From NCBI GenBank assembly GCA_021803005.1, contig JAJZQT010000005.1, positions 10,359 through 47,531 of the forward strand: DNA of 37,173 nt, written 5' to 3'. Source of the stretch: Actinomycetes bacterium (lineage in GTDB: Bacteria; Actinomycetota; Thermoleophilia; BMS3ABIN01). A program made the translations under genes and the position numbers. Under the pieces are notes generated by a model. That model was not told the DNA's origin. It did no database searches and saw only the letters and a program-made list of their open reading frames with translations. Shown here one piece after another: positions 32,602 through 37,173 of the stretch. Each line of letters opens with the position of its first letter. Position 1 is the stretch's first letter.

Positions 32602-33852
32602 TTGCTCGCTTCTCTGGCCAACGCCTGGAAGGTACCTGAACTCAGGGGCAAGCTCATCTTCACCGCCGTCATGATTGTCATCTACCGCATCGGCGCCGCT
32701 ATACCGGCCCCGGGCATCGACGTCGCCGCCCTCCAGAACCTGATCAATCAGGGCTCCGCCGGTGTGCTCGGGTTCCTCAACCTTTTCTCGGGAGGGGCGC
32801 TTTCAAAGTTTGCCATCTTTGCATTGGGAATCATGCCCTACATCACGGCATCGATTATTTTGCAGCTTCTGACCATGGCTTTCCCGGCGCTCAAGGAACT
32901 TGCGCGCGAGGGCGAGGCTGGGCAACAGAAGATCACCCAGTACACCCGTTATCTCACTGTGGTCCTGGCGCTGGCCCAGTCGGTTGGCTACACGGTGCTG
33001 TTCCGGCAGCAGGGAGCCATTCCCGACCTGGGGCCGCTCAAGCTTTACGAGATCGTCATTACCCTGACCGCGGGCACGACGCTGCTGATGTTCATCGGCG
33101 AGCTCATCAGCCAGCGCGGCATCGGCAACGGCATCTCGCTGCTGATTTTCGCCAGCATCGTCTCCAGCCTGATTCCGGGCATCGTCAAGTTCCGGACCCT
33201 GGACATCGTCACCATCGTCATCTTCCTGGCCATCGGCGCCTTGGTGATCGCCGCCATTGTCCTGGTTCAGGAAGGGCAGCGGCGGATTCCCATACAGTAC
33301 GCCAAGCGGCAGATAGGGCGGCGCATGACCACGGGCGGCAGCACTTATCTACCGCTGTCGATCAACATGGCGGGAGTCATCCCGGTCATCTTCGCCTCGT
33401 CGGTGTTGATGATCCTGCCGACGGTCGCCCAGCTCTTTCCCAACGAATCGATCCAGAGCCTGGCCAATGGCTGGCTGCGTCCTTCCGGCCCGCTGTTCAT
33501 GGTGCTGGAAACGATATTCATCATCGGTTTCACATATTTTTACACAGCCGTGCAGTTCGATCCGATCGAGCGGGCCAACGATCTCAAGAAGTACGGCGGG
33601 TTCATTCCCGGCATCAGGCCGGGCAAACCTACCGCCGTCTATCTGGACCGGGTGCTGACCAGGCTGACACTGCCGGGCGCGTTGTTCCTGGCGGCGATCG
33701 CGGTGCTGCCCCAGATCCTGATCTCGGCCCTGAACATTCCGTTTTATTTTGGCGGCACGTCGATCCTGATCGTAGTGGGCGTCGCCCTGCAGACCATGAA
33801 GCAGATGGAATCGCAACTGCTGATGCGGCATTACGAAGGTTTTCTCAAGTAA
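32602..33852 (+). CDS. secY: Preprotein translocase subunit SecY
   Basis: FALGIMPYITASII.QLL, GIGNGISLLIF, AGVIPVIFA, FIPGIRPG, FGGTSILIVVGV. Confidence 0.99.
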   Translation: MLASLANAWKVPELRGKLIFTAVMIVIYRIGAAIPAPGIDVAALQNLINQGSAGVLGFLNLFSGGALSKFAIFALGIMPYITASIILQLLTMAFPALKELAREGEAGQQKITQYTRYLTVVLALAQSVGYTVLFRQQGAIPDLGPLKLYEIVITLTAGTTLLMFIGELISQRGIGNGISLLIFASIVSSLIPGIVKFRTLDIVTIVIFLAIGALVIAAIVLVQEGQRRIPIQYAKRQIGRRMTTGGSTYLPLSINMAGVIPVIFASSVLMILPTVAQLFPNESIQSLANGWLRPSGPLFMVLETIFIIGFTYFYTAVQFDPIERANDLKKYGGFIPGIRPGKPTAVYLDRVLTRLTLPGALFLAAIAVLPQILISALNIPFYFGGTSILIVVGVALQTMKQMESQLLMRHYEGFLK

Positions 33853-33867
33853 CGACCGGGACTGGTA

Positions 33868-34659
33868 ATGATCGGCCGCAAATCTCCAGCCCAAATAGAG
33901 AAGATGGCCAGGGCCGGAGAGATCGTCGCCGGATGCCTGGAGATGTTGAAGGAAATGTGCCGGCCGGATGTTGCCACGGCGGAGCTCGACCGGGCGGCGG
34001 AGAAGTTTATCAGGGAGCATGGCGGTATTCCGACTTTCAAGGGATACCGGGGCTATCCGGCCTCGATCTGCGCCTCTCCCAATGAGATGGTAGTGCACGG
34101 CATCCCCGGGGAATACCGGCTTGCCGGCGGCGATATCGTCAGTCTCGATGTCGGCGTGACCCTGAAAGGGTGGGTCGGCGACTCGGCCATTACCGTCGAA
34201 GTGGGTGACGCCGGCAAGCTGGCGGAGCGCCTGATGGAGGTCACTGAGGCTTCCCTCTGGCGGGCGATAGCAAAGTGCCGGCCGGGGAACCACCTGGGAG
34301 ATGTTTCCCACGCGGTGCAGGAGTACGTCGAGGCCAATGGCTTTTCGGTGGTACGCACCCTGGTGGGGCACGGCATCGGCCGCAAGATGCACGAGGAGCC
34401 GCAGATTCCCAATTACGGGACATCGGGCGCCGGGCCGGAGCTAAGGGAAGGGATGGTCTTCGCCATCGAGCCGATGGTGAACGCCGGCAGCCACAAGGTT
34501 GTCGTGGGTGACGACCATTGGGCCGTCTCGACCGCGGACAGCTGCCTGTCGGCCCACTTCGAGCACACGGTGGCAGTAACCGCCGCCGGTCCGAGGGTGT
34601 TGACCGCAAGAGCGGGCGAGAAAAATAAAAGTTTGGAGGCTGTGTCATTAGTATGGTAA
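33868..34659 (+). CDS. map: Type I methionine aminopeptidase
   Basis: [16 protein letters not shown]....[31 protein letters not shown]. Confidence 0.98.
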   Translation: MIGRKSPAQIEKMARAGEIVAGCLEMLKEMCRPDVATAELDRAAEKFIREHGGIPTFKGYRGYPASICASPNEMVVHGIPGEYRLAGGDIVSLDVGVTLKGWVGDSAITVEVGDAGKLAERLMEVTEASLWRAIAKCRPGNHLGDVSHAVQEYVEANGFSVVRTLVGHGIGRKMHEEPQIPNYGTSGAGPELREGMVFAIEPMVNAGSHKVVVGDDHWAVSTADSCLSAHFEHTVAVTAAGPRVLTARAGEKNKSLEAVSLVW

Positions 34660-34662
34660 AAT
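34633..34662 (+). promoter_or_regulatory. Putative promoter for infA-rpmJ-rpsM-rpsK-rpsD-rpoA embedded in the 3' end of map
   Basis: TTGGAG (34633-34638), 18-bp spacer, extended -10 TG-g-TAAAAT (34654-34662); A-rich UP-like tract at 34621-34630. Confidence 0.6.
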
Positions 34663-34687
34663 GCGCGGTTGGCCGCGAACGGAGATC

Positions 34688-34909
34688 ATGAGTCAAAAAG
34701 AAGAAGCCATAGAACTTGAGGGAGAGGTCGTAGAAGCCCTGCCCAACACGATGTTCAGGGTAAGGCTTGATAACGACCATGAAGTTCTGGCGCACATATC
34801 CGGAAAGATGCGGATGCACTACATCCGCATCCTCCCGGGAGACAGGGTCAAGGTCGAACTTTCGCCGTACGATCTGACCAGAGGCAGGATTACTTACAGG
34901 TTCAAATAG
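34688..34909 (+). CDS. infA: Translation initiation factor IF-1
   Basis: [45 protein letters not shown]; start at ATG 34688 after GGAG. Confidence 0.98.
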   Translation: MSQKEEAIELEGEVVEALPNTMFRVRLDNDHEVLAHISGKMRMHYIRILPGDRVKVELSPYDLTRGRITYRFK

Positions 34910-34911
34910 TT

Positions 34912-35025
34912 ATGAAAGTACGCTCATCGGTAAAACCTATGTGTGAGAAGTGCAAGCTGGTCCGGCGGCACGGCAAGCTGCTGGTCATCTGCACCAACCC
35001 GAGGCACAAGCAGCGCCAGGGTTAA
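34912..35025 (+). CDS. rpmJ: 50S ribosomal protein L36 (Zn-ribbon form)
   Basis: Translated by hand: [37 protein letters not shown]-stop; below the ORF-track length cutoff. Confidence 0.98.
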   Translation: MKVRSSVKPMCEKCKLVRRHGKLLVICTNPRHKQRQG

Positions 35026-35096
35026 ACGCGGCTTGGCGCCGGGGCGCAAGTGGCGTCCGGCTATGCCGTCATGGATAAAACCTGGAGGTTATTGGT

Positions 35097-35468
35097 TTGG
35101 CACGAATCGCTGGAGTAAATATTCCCCGCGAGAAGCGGGCGGAGATCGGACTCACCTATATATACGGCGTGGGGCGCTCGACCGCGGGCAAGGTCCTCGA
35201 CGATCTGGGGATCGACCGCGACACGTACGTCCGTGACCTCACCGACGACGAGGTCTCGCAGCTGCGAGAGTATCTCGACCGCAACCTCACGGTGGAAGGC
35301 GATCTGCGCCGCGAGCGCTCGCAGAACATCAAGAGGCTCATGGAGATCGGCTGTTACCGTGGCCTGAGGCATCGCCGCGGCCTGCCGGTAAGGGGCCAGC
35401 GCACCAAGACCAACGCCCGCGGGCGCAAGGGACCGCGCCGCACCGTCGGCGTCAAACGCAAGAAGTAA
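35097..35468 (+). CDS. rpsM: 30S ribosomal protein S13
   Basis: [41 protein letters not shown]; TTG start with GGAGG. Confidence 0.99.
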   Translation: MARIAGVNIPREKRAEIGLTYIYGVGRSTAGKVLDDLGIDRDTYVRDLTDDEVSQLREYLDRNLTVEGDLRRERSQNIKRLMEIGCYRGLRHRRGLPVRGQRTKTNARGRKGPRRTVGVKRKK

Positions 35469-35480
35469 TCGAGGGCAGAG

Positions 35481-35876
35481 ATGGCAGCTCCAAAATCAAA
35501 AGCGCGTACGCGCCGCAAGGTCAAGAAGAACATCCCTGTGGGCCAGGCTCACATCAAGACCTCGTTCAATAACACCATCGTTTCCCTGTCTGACAAGGAA
35601 GGGAACGTGATCGCCTGGGAGAGCGCCGGCTCCGCCGGTTTCAAGGGCTCGCGCAAGTCGACTCCTTTCGCCGCCCAGGTGACCGCCGACGCCTGCGCCA
35701 AGAAGGGCATGGAGCACGGGCTCAAAAAGGTGGATGTTTTCGTCAAGGGGCCGGGTTCCGGCCGCGAAACCGCCATTCGCTCGCTTCAGGCTGCCGGCCT
35801 CGAGGTCATGAGCGTCAAGGACGTGACGCCGGCGCCGCACAATGGCTGCCGTCAGCGCAAGAGAAGAAGAGTATAG
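35481..35876 (+). CDS. rpsK: 30S ribosomal protein S11
   Basis: [43 protein letters not shown]. Confidence 0.99.
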   Translation: MAAPKSKARTRRKVKKNIPVGQAHIKTSFNNTIVSLSDKEGNVIAWESAGSAGFKGSRKSTPFAAQVTADACAKKGMEHGLKKVDVFVKGPGSGRETAIRSLQAAGLEVMSVKDVTPAPHNGCRQRKRRRV

Positions 35877-35887
35877 GAGAGAATTCA

Positions 35888-36508
35888 TTGGCCAAGGATA
35901 CGTCACCAGCCTGCAAGCAGTGCCGCCGCGAGGGTTTGAAACTTTACCTCAAGGGGGAACGTTGCCTCACCGACCGCTGTGCCATCGATCGGCGCTCTTA
36001 CGCGCCGGGCGAACATGGACGCCGCCGGACCAAGCAAACCGAATATCTGACCCAGCTGCGCGAGAAGCAGAAGGCGCGCCGTTACTACGGACTATTGGAA
36101 AAACAGTTCCGCAATTATTACGAGCGGGCCAACCGCCAGACCGGCATCACCGGCGAGAACCTGTTGCGGCTGCTTGAGATCCGGCTCGACAACGTCGTTT
36201 ACCGGCTTGGCTTCGCCGTATCCCGCCGCCAGTCGCGGCAGCTGGTCATGCACGGGCATTTCATGGTCAACGGCCGCCGGGTAGACATCCCGTCGTATCG
36301 CGTCAAGCCCGACGACATCGTCGCGGTCATGGCCAGTTCGTCGGCGCGCGACCTGATCAAGGAAGCCACCGACCTGACGGCGTCGGTCTCGCCCTGGCTG
36401 CAGGCCGACCATGACAACCTTTCCGGGAAAATCCTGAAATATCCGGAACGCGAGGAGATCGATGTTCCGGTGCAGGAACAATTGATAGTGGAGCTGTATT
36501 CTAAGTGA
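35888..36508 (+). CDS. rpsD: 30S ribosomal protein S4 (four-Cys form)
   Basis: [16 protein letters not shown]....[28 protein letters not shown]; TTG start. Confidence 0.99.
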   Translation: MAKDTSPACKQCRREGLKLYLKGERCLTDRCAIDRRSYAPGEHGRRRTKQTEYLTQLREKQKARRYYGLLEKQFRNYYERANRQTGITGENLLRLLEIRLDNVVYRLGFAVSRRQSRQLVMHGHFMVNGRRVDIPSYRVKPDDIVAVMASSSARDLIKEATDLTASVSPWLQADHDNLSGKILKYPEREEIDVPVQEQLIVELYSK

Positions 36509-36605
36509 GGCAGTTTTCGAGGCAGGGATCGTGAACCCGGCGCTCACGATCCAACAAGCTGTGCCTTCCGGTGCAGGTTCACAATTTTTAGAGACGGAGG
36601 ACGAT

Positions 36606-37173
36606 TTGCTCACATTTCAGGTCCCCAAGATCACACACGAGCAGGTAAAGGACAACAAAGGCGTTTTCGTCGTAGAGCCCCTCGACCGGGGTTTCGGCCA
36701 CACCTTTGGCAACTCGCTGCGGCGGGTGCTGCTGTCGTCGCTGGAAGGCGCGGCTGTGAGCTTGGTAAAGATAGAGGGAGTTTCTCACGAGTTTTCCACC
36801 ATCCCGGGCGTCAAGGAGGACGTGACCGACATCGTCCTCAACCTCAAGCGCCTCACCTGCCTTCTGCACGGTGAGATGGGCGAGGTCGAGGTGAGACTGG
36901 TCAAGAGCGGTCCCGGGGAAGCCACCGGCGCTGACATCGAGTGTCCCGCCGAGCTGGAGATCATCAACCCGGATCTGCACATTGCCAGCCTGGGCAAGAA
37001 GGCCAAGCTCGAGATAACCCTGACTATCAGGCGCGGACGCGGCTACGCCTCGGCCGAGAGCAACAAGGCCGCCGGCGCCGCTATCGGCGTCATTCCCATC
37101 GATTCCAATTATTCACCGGTGACCCGCGTTTCCTACGTGGTCGACCGCGCCCGGGTCGGGCAGCGTACCGACT
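36606..37173 (+). CDS. rpoA: DNA-directed RNA polymerase subunit alpha (3' truncated by window edge)
   Basis: TTG start after GGAGG; translated by hand: ...VEPLDRGFGHTFGNSLRRVLLSSLEG...HEFSTIPGVKEDVTDIVLNLK...RGRGY...IPIDSNYSPV. Confidence 0.98.
   Translation, partial: MLTFQVPKITHEQVKDNKGVFVVEPLDRGFGHTFGNSLRRVLLSSLEGAAVSLVKIEGVSHEFSTIPGVKEDVTDIVLNLKRLTCLLHGEMGEVEVRLVKSGPGEATGADIECPAELEIINPDLHIASLGKKAKLEITLTIRRGRGYASAESNKAAGAAIGVIPIDSNYSPVTRVSYVVDRARVGQRTD

Noticed and set aside
36526-36552. 9-bp stem hairpin between rpsD and rpoA as a terminator
   Set aside because: No T tract follows; more likely an mRNA stability or processing stem, and not distinctive.

Overview
GC-rich bacterial window holding the conserved core transcription/translation supercluster, all on the + strand: secE (partial)-nusG-rplK-rplA-[L10 leader]-rplJ-rplL, then rpoB-rpoC, rpsL-rpsG-fusA-tuf, the S10 and spc operons, secY-map-infA-rpmJ-rpsM-rpsK-rpsD and rpoA (partial). 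RpoC carries a long coiled-coil insertion after its N-terminal Zn-binding domain, and RpoB/RpoC motifs look like deep-branching Actinomycetota, probably Thermoleophilia-like (inference, no search run). The one accessory block is a five-gene, apparently co-transcribed cassette between rplL and rpoB (3482-10130). It encodes two membrane proteins that together hold five (3+2) DUF202/YidH-like repeats, each led by a strict Arg-every-7th-residue helix; a HAMP sensor histidine kinase; a stand-alone receiver protein; and an ATP-grasp/phosphohistidine (PEP-synthase-like) enzyme whose pyruvate-binding barrel is replaced by an unrecognised domain. The five Arg-ladder units match the five-fold DUF202 channel of the eukaryotic VTC polyphosphate translocase, so this is the best candidate for an undescribed system. 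Other points: a 97-bp element with perfect 32-bp inverted repeats after rplA and a solo 19/21 copy of its end just upstream of the rpoB promoter; a structured rpsL leader; large low-complexity insertions in L3, L4 and S5; a four-Cys insertion in EF-Tu; no adk between secY and map; many TTG/GTG starts.
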